From the NCBI GenBank assembly GCA_918797485.1, contig CAKKNE010000006.1:2852001-2916000 (forward strand): DNA of 64,000 nucleotides, read 5' to 3'. The position numbers and the translations under genes were made by a program. This stretch comes from Pelagomonas calceolata (taxonomy: Eukaryota). Shown one piece after another: positions 1 to 10,000 of the stretch (position 1 is the stretch's first letter; each line of letters opens with the position of its first letter). Under the pieces are notes generated by a model that saw only the letters and a program-made list of their open reading frames with translations, ran no database searches and was not told the origin of the DNA.

Positions 1-205
1 GCAGATGGCGCGGTGGCGGCGGAAGCCCGAGCCGCTGCCGCCGCCCGGTGTGGACGACGACCGTTTGGCGACGATCCCGGGGTCGACGCCGGCGACGCCC
101 AACACGTCAAGAGGTGAGATCGAGCTCGTGGTTCCCGACGACCAGTCGCCTTTGTCGTCGCTCGTCGAGCGGCGGTCGCTGGAGGACTTCCCCGGCAACC
201 CATGA
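1..205 (+). CDS. possible 3' end of a gene entering from the left edge
   Basis: Open frame with GC-rich codon usage after a possible CAG acceptor at 2-4, stop at 205, converging on the next gene; no recognisable domain. Confidence 0.3.
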   Translation, partial: QMARWRRKPEPLPPPGVDDDRLATIPGSTPATPNTSRGEIELVVPDDQSPLSSLVERRSLEDFPGNP

Positions 206-238
206 AAGTACCCTTACCCCTGTGACTGCTAAGAACAT

Positions 239-2038
239 TCACGTAGTCTTAGGCTCCTGCAGCGGCGGGTCCCAGACGACGTCCCAGGCCCCCCGGAAGT
301 AGTTCAAAGCGATTTCGTTCGCCGCGGCCCGGTTCGACACGCCCGTCCCGAGGTTCGAGTCGAGCGTGACGACGTTCTCGAGGCGCGGGTCGGCCGTGTA
401 CTGGTCCCCGTCGAAGGGCACGACGAACCTTTTCACGCGTCGCCGCGCGAGGTGCCCGGAAATCCAGACGTCGTCCATGACTGTGGCGCCGGGCGGCGCG
501 CGCGCCATCTCCTCCCACAGCTTTCCGTCGAAGAACTTGGCCTTGACGGCGAAGCCGCAGTTGCCCCGCACGACGCTGACGGGGTGCGGCGCGTGGAGTT
601 CGTTGCCGTACACGAGATAGTTCTCCGTCCAGTGCGGGTAGCGCAGGGAGCGAGTCACGGGCCAGCCCGTCGCGCTCACCACCGCATCCGGGAAGCGCCG
701 GCTCCAGCTCGCGAAGGTCTCGAGCAAGCGCGGGGGGTACAACGTGTCGTCGTCGACGACGACCAACAACGCGTCATCGCCATTGGCTAAACCATCTCTA
801 ACAGCGGGAATCACCTTCGTCGCCGGCCCGTAGTCCTTCTCGATCCTTACTAGACGTACGCGCGGCGCCATGGCCGCGAGCCAGGGCGGCGTTGCGTAGG
901 CGCGCTGCTCCCGCGCCGAGTGCGTCGGCGTGTAGACGCGAATCTCGTCGGCCGCGAGCGTCTGTTGCAGGAGCGACTCGAGCACCTTGCGGATCTGGTG
1001 GATGCGCCCCGGGAGCGTCGTCAGCGTCACGACGACGCGAGGCTTCTCTCCGAGGACCGTGGGCCGCCGGTCGCCCAGTAAAGGCGCGCCGTCGACGACC
1101 TCGTCGTTCATTGGGGAGACGGCGCCGTCCGACGCGACGCAGACGCGCTTCTTTTGAGGAGCATTGCCTACCTTGCGGTAGATCCTCCTCACGGTCTTCG
1201 CTTTATTTCGCTGCTGGTTTCGTCGCATCACGGTCTGCGGCGCTTGGGGCGGGGCGATCTGCGAACCGGCATAGAGCACGGCGGCGCCGTCGCGCACGCG
1301 ATAGACGAAGGACCGACATCTTTTATGCCGGGCGCACGCTTCTTTCGCGGCACAGAGCCCGCCGTCGACCGTTGACAACTTTTGGTTTGGGATATCGAGC
1401 CAGAACTCGCTCCGCGCCTGGGCCACGTCATATACCGTAGTGTCGTGGATCGTCGTGTTCCGGAAGACCGGCGCGCCGCCGTCGGCGGCGTAGGCCGCGG
1501 CTCTCATTTGCAGTCTACCGGACGCGTCGTAGCGTCGCAGGGCGTTGCGCAGCGCGTCTCCAGCTTTCCCGTACAAGGCTACGAACAACGTGGCGGAGGT
1601 GCCGCTCCGCTGCACAGCATTAAAAAGCTCGTCCCGGGTCAAAAATGTCGTCTTGTCATTGACGCGTACTATGCCAGCACACCGCTTGCCCATGCGCCGA
1701 CACCGTGTTTTCGCCTCGCAGACGGACATGGCCGCGCCGTCTCCTTTAAAAGAGATGGAGAGGCGCCCGAAGCCGTCGTCCGGCGACACCTTGACACACA
1801 CGTTCGACTGAGGCGGCGGGGTCGCTTTCAGAAGACGGTCCGCCTCCAGGCGCTTCGCGAACTCTTCCCGCCAGCCCTCCTCGAGATCTTCGCCCGTCGC
1901 GTCGAAGCCGTCGCCCGTCTCTCCATATGTCCGGCCGCGCGGCGCCGCGCCGCTGTCCAAGTGAGGGTGCAGGTACAGAAACTTCCATGCGACCAGTGCG
2001 AGGAGTAGGGCCGCGAGGAGGGCGAGGCGCGGGCGCAT
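239..2038 (-). CDS. type II membrane glycosyltransferase-like protein (GT-A fold) with a possible PAN/apple-like Cys module
   Basis: ATG 2038 (MRPRLALLAALLLALVAW, N-terminal anchor). C-terminal VVTLTTLPGRI...DYGPATK...VVDDDTLYP (DxD-like)...MDDVWISG motifs are typical of GT-A-like proteins. Confidence 0.7.
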   Translation of the reverse strand: MRPRLALLAALLLALVAWKFLYLHPHLDSGAAPRGRTYGETGDGFDATGEDLEEGWREEFAKRLEADRLLKATPPPQSNVCVKVSPDDGFGRLSISFKGDGAAMSVCEAKTRCRRMGKRCAGIVRVNDKTTFLTRDELFNAVQRSGTSATLFVALYGKAGDALRNALRRYDASGRLQMRAAAYAADGGAPVFRNTTIHDTTVYDVAQARSEFWLDIPNQKLSTVDGGLCAAKEACARHKRCRSFVYRVRDGAAVLYAGSQIAPPQAPQTVMRRNQQRNKAKTVRRIYRKVGNAPQKKRVCVASDGAVSPMNDEVVDGAPLLGDRRPTVLGEKPRVVVTLTTLPGRIHQIRKVLESLLQQTLAADEIRVYTPTHSAREQRAYATPPWLAAMAPRVRLVRIEKDYGPATKVIPAVRDGLANGDDALLVVVDDDTLYPPRLLETFASWSRRFPDAVVSATGWPVTRSLRYPHWTENYLVYGNELHAPHPVSVVRGNCGFAVKAKFFDGKLWEEMARAPPGATVMDDVWISGHLARRRVKRFVVPFDGDQYTADPRLENVVTLDSNLGTGVSNRAAANEIALNYFRGAWDVVWDPPLQEPKTT

Positions 2039-2108
2039 CGCTGCTGCAAACGCTGCCCCGCAGCACTGCGGGCTGCCCCGACGCTGCCGACCCGTGACGG
2101 CTGGCCAA

Positions 2109-2138
2109 TTTGCTAGTGTCTTACAGGACGCTAGCAAA
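2109..2138 (-). promoter_or_regulatory. CTAG-bounded palindromic upstream element, copy 1
   Basis: + strand TTTGCTAGTGTCTTACAGGACGCTAGCAAA, ~70 bp upstream of the minus-strand ATG at 2038; function inferred. Confidence 0.6.
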
Positions 2139-2143
2139 CGGGC

Positions 2144-2572
2144 TCAACATCGGACGTTTATTGTCCTACCCCATCCACCGTCCATCTGTATGGAACAAGA
2201 GACGAGCTTGCCGCCGTCGGCGCGCGCCTTGATCTGGGACACGTTCGATCCGCGATTCGCGACTTTCGTTGTCCCCGCTTCCTTGCCGAACGCCAATTTG
2301 AAGGGGTTGCCTTGACGCCTAAACGACGCCGAGAACGACACGGCCACCGCTCCGGGCGCCGGCGACCCGGAGCCGAGGATGTTTTCCACGCGTTGCAAGG
2401 CGCCGAGCGCGTCTTTGACGCCGGCGTCGCGGCCGATCGCCTGCTTGGCGAGGTTTACGACTTTGTTCGCCTCGGCGGGCGTACATGTCGCTCGTCGCAC
2501 GAGTGCTGAGGGCTGTCGAGGCGCGGGCGCCTGGAACGCCGCCGCGCACGCGACGAGGAGGAGTCCGCGCAT
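2144..2572 (-). CDS. small plastid-targeted protein of unknown function
   Basis: MRGLLLVACAAA-FQAP: signal peptide plus ASAFAP-like motif and transit peptide; 142 aa. Confidence 0.7.
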   Translation of the reverse strand: MRGLLLVACAAAFQAPAPRQPSALVRRATCTPAEANKVVNLAKQAIGRDAGVKDALGALQRVENILGSGSPAPGAVAVSFSASFRRQGNPFKLAFGKEAGTTKVANRGSNVSQIKARADGGKLVSCSIQMDGGWGRTINVRC

Positions 2573-2967
2573 GCCGGCTGCACTCGTGCGAGGCCCGAGT
2601 CGTTCGGGGCGCACGGAGCGGTTCCTCCGTACCTGCGCGAAGCTAGCCTCGCGGCGGCGCTCGCGAATGGTGCGCGTGCGAACGCTCGACCGGCGCGGAC
2701 CCGTCGGACAAATGCCTCGATTTGGCTACATGGTTTATGTGAATGGATGTTCTTCAGATCGTCATCTAATATATGTTGATCGTCATGCGGGCGCGCGAGC
2801 GGTGGTTGCAGGACGCCGCTTGCGGTGCAGTGGGTTGATGCAGCGACGCGCGCGCTCGCAGCTGCCAGCCGTTGCAGCTGCCAGGATTTCAGCAAAGCTT
2901 TCGCAAGCTCACTGGCGATCAAGAATTACTGCAGCGGGCGAGCTGTGCGACTCGCTGCGACCTCGAC

Positions 2968-2992
2968 CTAGCGTGCTGTAAGATACTAGCAA
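2968..2992 (+). promoter_or_regulatory. CTAG-bounded palindromic upstream element, copy 2
   Basis: CTAGCGTGCTGTAAGATACTAGCAA, ~190 bp upstream of ORF 3183. Confidence 0.55.
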
Positions 2993-3182
2993 GGCCCAGG
3001 CCTTGCAAGCAGGGCAGAGTTTAGGCGCAGACCTTGCTCAGCGTGGCGCCTGGCGTGAAAAATTAACGGAAGCGAGTAGTTGACGCGGAATCCTGGAGCG
3101 TTAAGGACGAAAACAGAATACTCTGGAGTCTGGACTCCGCCACTCTAGGGACGGATGCTCAATTGACGCGGCGCCGACGCAT

Positions 3183-3773
3183 ATGGCCTGGCTCCGAGAC
3201 ATCCCTTGCAAAGATATCTCTCCAAAAGGCGACGACTACAGTGACATTTCCCTTAACGGTACTAGGTGGACTGGATTTCAGAGCTTCCTGGATAAGTGGG
3301 AAGACGCCAACGAAGCTGCACCACTCGAGACGCAGAAGGAGACGGCTACGGACATCAAGTACCTGCGGAAGTACGGCTGCGACTATCTCAAGAATTCGTC
3401 GCTCTGGGACTCGTTGGATTCGTACGAGGCGTGGCTGGCCGACGCTCAGAATAACAAGACGGTGAAGTCGCCTTACTGGTATGGACGAAATCTCTGTGTT
3501 CGGGGACGCGGTCACAAGCCTCTGAGTTTTTTCTGTCCCGAGGCGTGCGGGTGCCACCGCGGCGACGAGGACTGCCCGTTGACGTGTCCCGAGCGCGAAG
3601 CGACGACACCTCTCTGCCCCACGCATCAGCACAAGACTTTTGTGAATGCGTGCCACGGCCGAGTAGAAACTGGATATTGCTGTCCGCGACATCCTCGTGC
3701 GTATAGCTTCGATGTGGGCTTTTCGAGTGTTGGCACGAATGGGACCGCGCGGGCGGCGGCCGCCGGTGAATAA
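3183..3773 (+). CDS. Cys-rich hypothetical protein or 3' gene fragment
   Basis: 196 aa ORF with protein-like composition (FCPEACGC...DCPLTCP); 5' end uncertain. Confidence 0.45.
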   Translation: MAWLRDIPCKDISPKGDDYSDISLNGTRWTGFQSFLDKWEDANEAAPLETQKETATDIKYLRKYGCDYLKNSSLWDSLDSYEAWLADAQNNKTVKSPYWYGRNLCVRGRGHKPLSFFCPEACGCHRGDEDCPLTCPEREATTPLCPTHQHKTFVNACHGRVETGYCCPRHPRAYSFDVGFSSVGTNGTARAAAAGE

Positions 3774-3876
3774 TAAACCTTCGTTCATTCTTAGCACAGT
3801 TGTCTTCGAAGTAGATTGAGTGCGATAGAAGGGCGAAATTCCCCCTCGCCCTATCCTTGCATCATGACGGAGTCGA

Positions 3877-3904
3877 TTGCTAGCGTCCTGTAAGACACTA
3901 GCAA
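3877..3904 (+). promoter_or_regulatory. CTAG-bounded palindromic upstream element, copy 3
   Basis: TTGCTAGCGTCCTGTAAGACACTAGCAA, exact reverse complement of the core of copy 1; ~155 bp upstream of the tsaD ATG. Confidence 0.6.
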
Positions 3905-3986
3905 GCAGCGTGTTGCAGTCACTGCGGCGCCGCAAGAGAGCGCTGTCGGCGCGAAGAGATCGTGCTTGCATCATCAAATCGGCAGT

Positions 3987-4049
3987 CAATAGCTTCGACG
4001 CGTCACCGCTCTCCCAACGGTGTAGCGCCTGCCCCAGCCAGAGCTGCAT
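3987..4049 (-). pseudogene. decayed fragment homologous to the TPR-like gene at 62100-62903
   Basis: Translates as MQLWLGQALHRWESGDASKLL versus MQLWLGQALYAAGRRGDALKLL at 62505-62570. Confidence 0.6.
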
Positions 4050-4059
4050 CTCCGGCCCT

Positions 4060-5412
4060 ATGCGCAGCGCCATCATGCTCTTCGCGGCGGCCGCACGCGC
4101 GCTCTGCCCTCGCGTTACGCAGCCCGCGCGCCGCAGCATCATCCGAGCAGCAAAATCCAAGGTAAACAAGCCGCGCTACGCGACCGGCATGGCCAAGGCC
4201 GTGTATCGAGGCGAGGGCCTCGGCGCGCCGTCCTACGACAGCGCACCCATAGCGTTAAGTGGCCTGCCCGACACGACGAAGCCCTACGCCGTCCTGGGCA
4301 TCGAGACGTCGTGCGACGACACGGCCGCGGCCGTCGTGCGGTCCGACGGCACGATTTTAGGGGAGAGTGTCGCGAGCCAGCACGAGGTCCACGCGAAGTA
4401 CGGCGGCATCGTGCCCGGTTTAGCGAAGGAGGCCCATGAACTTGCAATTGACGCCGTCGTCGACGAGGCGCTTCAGCAGGCACACTTGACGATGAGCGAC
4501 GTGGGCGCGGTGGCGGCGACCGTCGGGCCGGGGCTGGAAATTTGTTTGCGAGTTGGTGCTAGAAAAGCAGCTCATCTAGCATCAAAATACCAAAAACCGT
4601 TCCTGCACTGCCATCACTTGGAGGCGCACTGCCTGGTCGCACGACTTCAGACAGAATTGGAGTTCCCCTACCTCGCCCTGCTCGTGTCGGGGGGCCACTG
4701 CCAGCTGCTCTGGGTGCAAGGCGTCGGCGACTGCTCGGTCCTCGGCGGAACTTTGGACGACGCGCTGGGCGAGGCGTACGACAAAGCAGCAAGGATGCTC
4801 CAGCTCTCGTCGGCGACGGGCGGCGGGCCGGCCCTGGAAAGAGCGGCTCTCCGAGGCAACGCGACGGCGGTCGACCTCCCGGTGCCGATGAAAAAACGCA
4901 AGGACTGCGACTTTTCGTATGCCGGTCTCAAAAATGCCTTACGGGGCAGGGTCGCCGAAAAACGTATTGAAAGAGGTCTGAGCGATGAGGACACTTTGCC
5001 AGATCAGGACGTCTACGATCTCGCGGCGTCGTTCCAGAGCGTCGCGATCGAGCACGTCGAGGACCGCCTCAGAGTTGCGTTTAAACGCGTTGTTGGAGAA
5101 GCCGGTGCGTCGCCGACGCTAGCCTTGGTCGGCGGCGTCGCGGCGAATGCGGAGTTGCGGCGGCGTGTGGCGTCTGTCGCGTCGCAGGCGGGCTGGCGGC
5201 TGGTCGTGCCGCCTCCGAGGTTGTGCACGGACAACGGGGTCATGGTGGCGTGGGCGGCGGTCGAGAAGGCGTCGCTGGGGTTTTCCGATGAAATCGATGA
5301 GGAGGTCGAGGTGATCCCGCGCTGGCCTTTTAGGGAGCACTCAGCGCCGGAGCCGGTGAAGATCGCGGTGAAGCTTGCGTCGAAGGCCGAGCGGGCGACG
5401 GCGGCGGCGTAA
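4060..5412 (+). CDS. tsaD: tRNA N6-adenosine threonylcarbamoyltransferase, organellar (TsaD/Qri7/OSGEPL1 type)
   Basis: VLGIETSCDDTAAAVV, HHLEAH metal motif, LLVSGGH, DDALGEAYDK, FSYAGLK and CTDNGVMVAW; N-terminal targeting peptide; start at ATG 4060 or 4075. Confidence 0.93.
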   Translation: MRSAIMLFAAAARALCPRVTQPARRSIIRAAKSKVNKPRYATGMAKAVYRGEGLGAPSYDSAPIALSGLPDTTKPYAVLGIETSCDDTAAAVVRSDGTILGESVASQHEVHAKYGGIVPGLAKEAHELAIDAVVDEALQQAHLTMSDVGAVAATVGPGLEICLRVGARKAAHLASKYQKPFLHCHHLEAHCLVARLQTELEFPYLALLVSGGHCQLLWVQGVGDCSVLGGTLDDALGEAYDKAARMLQLSSATGGGPALERAALRGNATAVDLPVPMKKRKDCDFSYAGLKNALRGRVAEKRIERGLSDEDTLPDQDVYDLAASFQSVAIEHVEDRLRVAFKRVVGEAGASPTLALVGGVAANAELRRRVASVASQAGWRLVVPPPRLCTDNGVMVAWAAVEKASLGFSDEIDEEVEVIPRWPFREHSAPEPVKIAVKLASKAERATAAA

Positions 5413-5436
5413 GGTATCCAAAAAGAGTTCAATAAG

Positions 5437-6576
5437 TTAACCGACTATTTCCCCGGGGAGCAGCTCGGTGAGTCGCGGGCCGGGGATCCGGGCATCCCAC
5501 TCGCTCAACCCGCGCATCACATATTGCGAAGGGATGGTGCCACCGCGACGCATATCATCCGGCGTGCGTGCTCGCGCTGGATATAGGTGTCCCGCGCCGA
5601 CGATGGCGTGGTACTCGCGCGTGCTGTCGTCTTCGCGCATGGCCGCTGTAATCGTCCGGGCCCAAGCTGCCTCGCGTCGCGTATTCAAAATAGTAGTGCA
5701 GGGCTCACGGGTGACGTCGTCGTGTCCCAGGACGCTCACGGCAAGCCTCCTCGTGAAATCGAGGGGAACGTCCCAAGGGCACCCGCCCAGGCAAAGGACG
5801 GCGGCGGAGACGGCGCCTTCTGCCTCCCACGGGTCAGACGTGTAGCCGTTCACAAATTCCAAAATCGCGAGCATGTCGAGAAACCATCTTGGCGCCGGCT
5901 CCTCCATTGGTGGGAGCCCGGCCGGGCCGGCCCCTAGCGCCATGAGAGCTGCGGTGCATGTCACGAGGTTGCTTCCGCGGGGATGGTCGGCAACCGTCGC
6001 TACGGTGGCATCCAAACTTCCAGACAGTAAAGGGTCCTTAAATAATGTGGCCGCAGCCCAGTCCTCCGCCCCCCATGGGTCCTCGAGGCCGCGGATGTTT
6101 GGCCCCTCGTATGAAATCTCCACGCCGTTCATTATCGTGAAGATCTCAGTCCTCTGGTTGCATTGGCCTTCCAGGAAAAGTACGATCTCGCCGCGGCGCG
6201 CGCGTTCTACCAAACGAGCCGTGCGGTCACCAAAGCCAGGGCCGGTGCATCTGTGGATGTCGGCGTGGTAGATCATGGGGTGGTTCTCGACGTCTAGCTG
6301 GTCGCCGTTCGCCATGCCAATCTCGGAAGCCGTCTGGTCGCCGCGGACGTGCGAGCCTTTGAACAGAAAGCGGAGTGAATCTACGGCGACGCCCTTGCGA
6401 GCGGCGTACGCGTTAAATACCTTTCGCATCCTTGTGTACTCCTTTATCTTGAAGTGCACGTCCGCGGCGACGATCAACAGCGAGCGTCGCGCCGGCGGCG
6501 GCGCCGCGTGACCCGCGTCTGGCGCGTCGTCGTCACGGCCGCGATTTCCCAGGAGGTTTAGCAAAGAATGAAGCAT
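5437..6576 (-). CDS. SUMO-like (Rad60-SLD) domain protein fused to an unknown C-terminal domain
   Basis: VHFKIKEYTRMRKVFNAYAARKGVAVDSLRFLFKGSHVRGDQTASEIGMANGDQLDV is SUMO-like with no di-Gly; the C-terminal part contains IVGAGHL. Confidence 0.7.
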   Translation of the reverse strand: MLHSLLNLLGNRGRDDDAPDAGHAAPPPARRSLLIVAADVHFKIKEYTRMRKVFNAYAARKGVAVDSLRFLFKGSHVRGDQTASEIGMANGDQLDVENHPMIYHADIHRCTGPGFGDRTARLVERARRGEIVLFLEGQCNQRTEIFTIMNGVEISYEGPNIRGLEDPWGAEDWAAATLFKDPLLSGSLDATVATVADHPRGSNLVTCTAALMALGAGPAGLPPMEEPAPRWFLDMLAILEFVNGYTSDPWEAEGAVSAAVLCLGGCPWDVPLDFTRRLAVSVLGHDDVTREPCTTILNTRREAAWARTITAAMREDDSTREYHAIVGAGHLYPARARTPDDMRRGGTIPSQYVMRGLSEWDARIPGPRLTELLPGEIVG

Positions 6577-6837
6577 GCTAGCGCCGGAGCCGAACAACCC
6601 GAAAAAAGCCTGGCAAGACGTACCCTCGCGCGATCGGCGCGAGCACGCAGGACTACTTGAGAGGGTCATTGGAGCAAAGCTTGATTTAATTTTGCGTTCT
6701 CCCGGTGCAATCGGCCGGTGTGTACTCGTAACACTCGACGACAATCTGTCGACGCGTGTGTTTGCCGCGCCCCAGGTCAAGTGTTACCCGGCAAAATAGG
6801 CAATGGCTTGTGAAAAAACGTGATTAAAATTTCCCGC

Positions 6838-6863
6838 GCTAGCGGCCTGTAAGACACTAGCAA
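6838..6863 (+). promoter_or_regulatory. CTAG-bounded palindromic upstream element, copy 4
   Basis: GCTAGCGGCCTGTAAGACACTAGCAA, ~160 bp upstream of ATG 7026. Confidence 0.6.
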
Positions 6864-7025
6864 TCTCATCTCAGCGCCGAGGCAGCCCAGCATCGCAGCA
6901 GCACATACTCCGAGAGCAGGGCAGCCCACCCAACTGCCTCGGCACTCGACTGCGCCCGACGACGCGTAGGAGCGCCAGGACGACGATGCGGCGGTAGCAA
7001 GCCAAAGCGCAGAGAGACAGCAGCC

Positions 7026-10000
7026 ATGCCCAAGCGCCCGAACCTCCACGCTTTACAAGTGACAGTAATCTGCGGCGAGGACCTGCTCGCCGTCGATAGT
7101 AATGGCAAGTCCGACCCGTTTTGTGAATTGCAGCTCTTGGATGAATTTGATCAGCCGGTGTTTGGCAAGAAACGGACGCGGACGAAATCCAAGACGTTAA
7201 ATCCGACGTGGGACCAAACGATCACGCTGAAGCTGCCGAAGGACCCGAAGGCGCCTCGCACGCCGTTGGTCGTCGGTCACAAGGTACGCGTGCAGGTCAA
7301 GGACAGGGATAAAGGAGGTGTGTTTTCCTCGGGCGTCGTCACTAACTTGGGCCAATGCACCCTCTCACTAGCTTTGTTAAAACCTGGAGTAGCCCAAGAA
7401 CAATGGTATAAACTAGAAAGGGTCGGCGAGATGCAGCGCGTCTCCGGAAGGATTAGGGTCAAATGGTTTCGTGAGCAAGATCCCGAGTCTCCCACCAAGT
7501 CTCAATCGACGACGACTATTGTGGAAGCCTTACCTGAAGTGGAAGTAGCTGGTCCTGTCGAAGCGACGGAGACGGAGGAGCAGCGAGCGGAGCGAGAAGC
7601 GGAGTTAAGTGAACTGGGTGTCCCGCCAGGTACAGAACTACGAGTGCGGGACCCGGCGCCCTTCCTGCCGCCCAACGAGTTGACCGTGGTCTTGATGAAG
7701 GCTTCTTCTCTCAAGATCATGGATAGGAAGCTCTTCGGCGCCGGGAGCTCCGACCCTTATGTGAGGTTGGCTTGCGAGGGGGATCTGGCCAAATCAACGA
7801 CCAAACAAAAAGACCTGGAACCGACCTGGGAGGAGGTCTTTACGTTCGCGGCGTTCGACGAGCGGGCGTCGTTGTCGCTGCAAATGTACGACCACGACGA
7901 CATCGGTCTGATTGCGGCGTCCTTGGATTCGAGGCGCGTCGATGGCGTCTTCATGAGGCCACGCCGCGTCGACGCCGTCGCCGCGCCCGTCGCGTCTACT
8001 TGTGGGGGCTACGCGTCGCGTCGAGAGGCGTCGCGGCGTCACACGCGCGCGCGCGCAGGTTCCGACGACTTCATGGGTTCTGTGGATGTGCCCCTCGCGT
8101 CCTTACGAGACAAGAAGCTGGTAAGGCGCTCGCTACAACTGAGCAACGATGCTGGTGAAATAGATGTTTTCCTGTGCTGGCGCACCTCCCCGCACAACGT
8201 GGCCAAGCTGCCCAACGAGGTCCACGAGCTCGTCCAGGGCCAGGAGAAGTACAAGAGCCAAGCTCTGAACGAATTGATTGTTTGTCCGATACGCGCGACG
8301 CGATTAATTGGCGTCGACTCGCATCTAGGAGGTGGTCCCAAGACCTCGGACCCCTACGTTGTTTGTGATGTCGATGGTCTGCGCATGAAGACCAGCCACA
8401 AACAAAAGACGTGTCGACCGGAGTGGCTCGAGGTTTTGAAATTACCGGTCGACGGCTATTCAAGAGCATCTTTATCAGTAGAGGTCTGGGACCACAACCT
8501 CGGGAAAGATGTGTTCCTCGGGAAGTGTACGGTAGATCTGGCCAAATATGAGGATAGGAAAGGTCGGCGACGGTGGCGCACTTTAACAGATGAACGAGGC
8601 ATGCTCGACAAGGACCGAGGTCGCATCGAGCTCCATGTCGTGTGGCGGCACAACACAACTTTAAAGATCGAGATTCCAAGAGAGTTGGAGGACGACACTT
8701 TAGCTGCTGTTGATGAAAGCTTAGTGCCTCCGACCGAACTACAAGTGTTTGTCGCAAGAGGGCGTTTACAGAAGGAGTGCGACCCTTACCTTCGTGTCGA
8801 ATGCGAGGCCCATCGACAGGAAACGCTATCGCGGTCGAAGACGACCAAGCCCGTCTGGAAAGATACCCTTGTGTTAGGCCCTGTGGAGGGTGATGATGAT
8901 AACGTAGTGTTGTCTTTATATGACAAGAAGCCGTCAAGGGACAAGTTGATCGGGACGATCGAAGTGCCTCTCTGCTTATTGAGGAACAAGTGTCCCGTGC
9001 GGCGGTGGCTGCCGGTCAACGGTACGCTGTCTCCACAGGAGATTGCCCGTTGTCTGTCGATCGACACCCGGACGCGAGGAAATGAGGACCGGGAAGCCCT
9101 AGCCCTAAGTAAGAGGGGAGACTGCTACTACTCGTCCGACGAGAGTTCCGACGACGACGTCAGTGAAGATCCGGCGGAGCGCCTCGACCGCGCCAAGAGG
9201 AAGGTAAGAGAAAGTCTGAAAGCACTGGACAAGGCGGAATTGTTACCAGAACATACAGCAGAGGACGAAGTGAGGAAGATCGAGGCCATCACCGAGGCCG
9301 AGGCTTTGCACGATGACAGTCTGGCAGAGGAGCGCGCCGCACAAGCTCTGTACGACGACGACGAGACTTTGACACAGCAGTGTAGTGCAGAAGAGCAAGA
9401 GCAGGTCCGAGCACATAGTAGGGAGCACCGCATCACTATAGCGGAGGCCGGAGAAGCATTAGGCGTCTTCACTTCGAAAATCTTCGCGAGGTGGGTTCAG
9501 GAATTAATCGAGGCAAGACCGCCCCCACCAGATCCAAATGCACCGATTGCGCATGAAGCGTCCCCATTTGAGTATAGTGACTGGACTGCACCACAAAATC
9601 ATCTCGGGTCTGTGGATATTTGGTTCGCCTGGCGCCACAACCCGCAGCACTTCTACAAAGTGCCACGAAGCCTCGAGGAGGACTTTTACCCCGATCGTAT
9701 TGCCAATGAAGCGACCGTATGTGTGATACGGGCGAAGAAGCTGCTGTCAGTCCAGAAAGATAAGGACGCTGCTGATGCGATGGTGTCTCTCTCTCTACGA
9801 GGTAAGGAGAAGCACACGCGAGTGGTTCAGAAGACTCTCTTCCCGTTGTGGGGCCAGGCCTTCTACCTCCCTGCATTAGATAGCAGTAGTGTTATAGAAT
9901 GTACGGTTCACGATGTCGACGACCCGGGGCCGTACCAAACTTTAGAATTCATGGGTCGAACGTCGGTAGAGTTGAAACCCTTTCTTAACATACAAGGGAG

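Noticed and set aside
2038..3904. ORF-track starts MLASCKTLA for ORFs 239..2137 and 3877..5412
   Set aside because: These are TTG starts inside the repeated hairpin element; the real ATGs are probably 2038 and 4060/4075
3159..4169. 336 aa minus-strand ORF
   Set aside because: It spans the element, the antisense of ORF 3183 and the tsaD start; only the 21 aa TPR relic looks protein-derived
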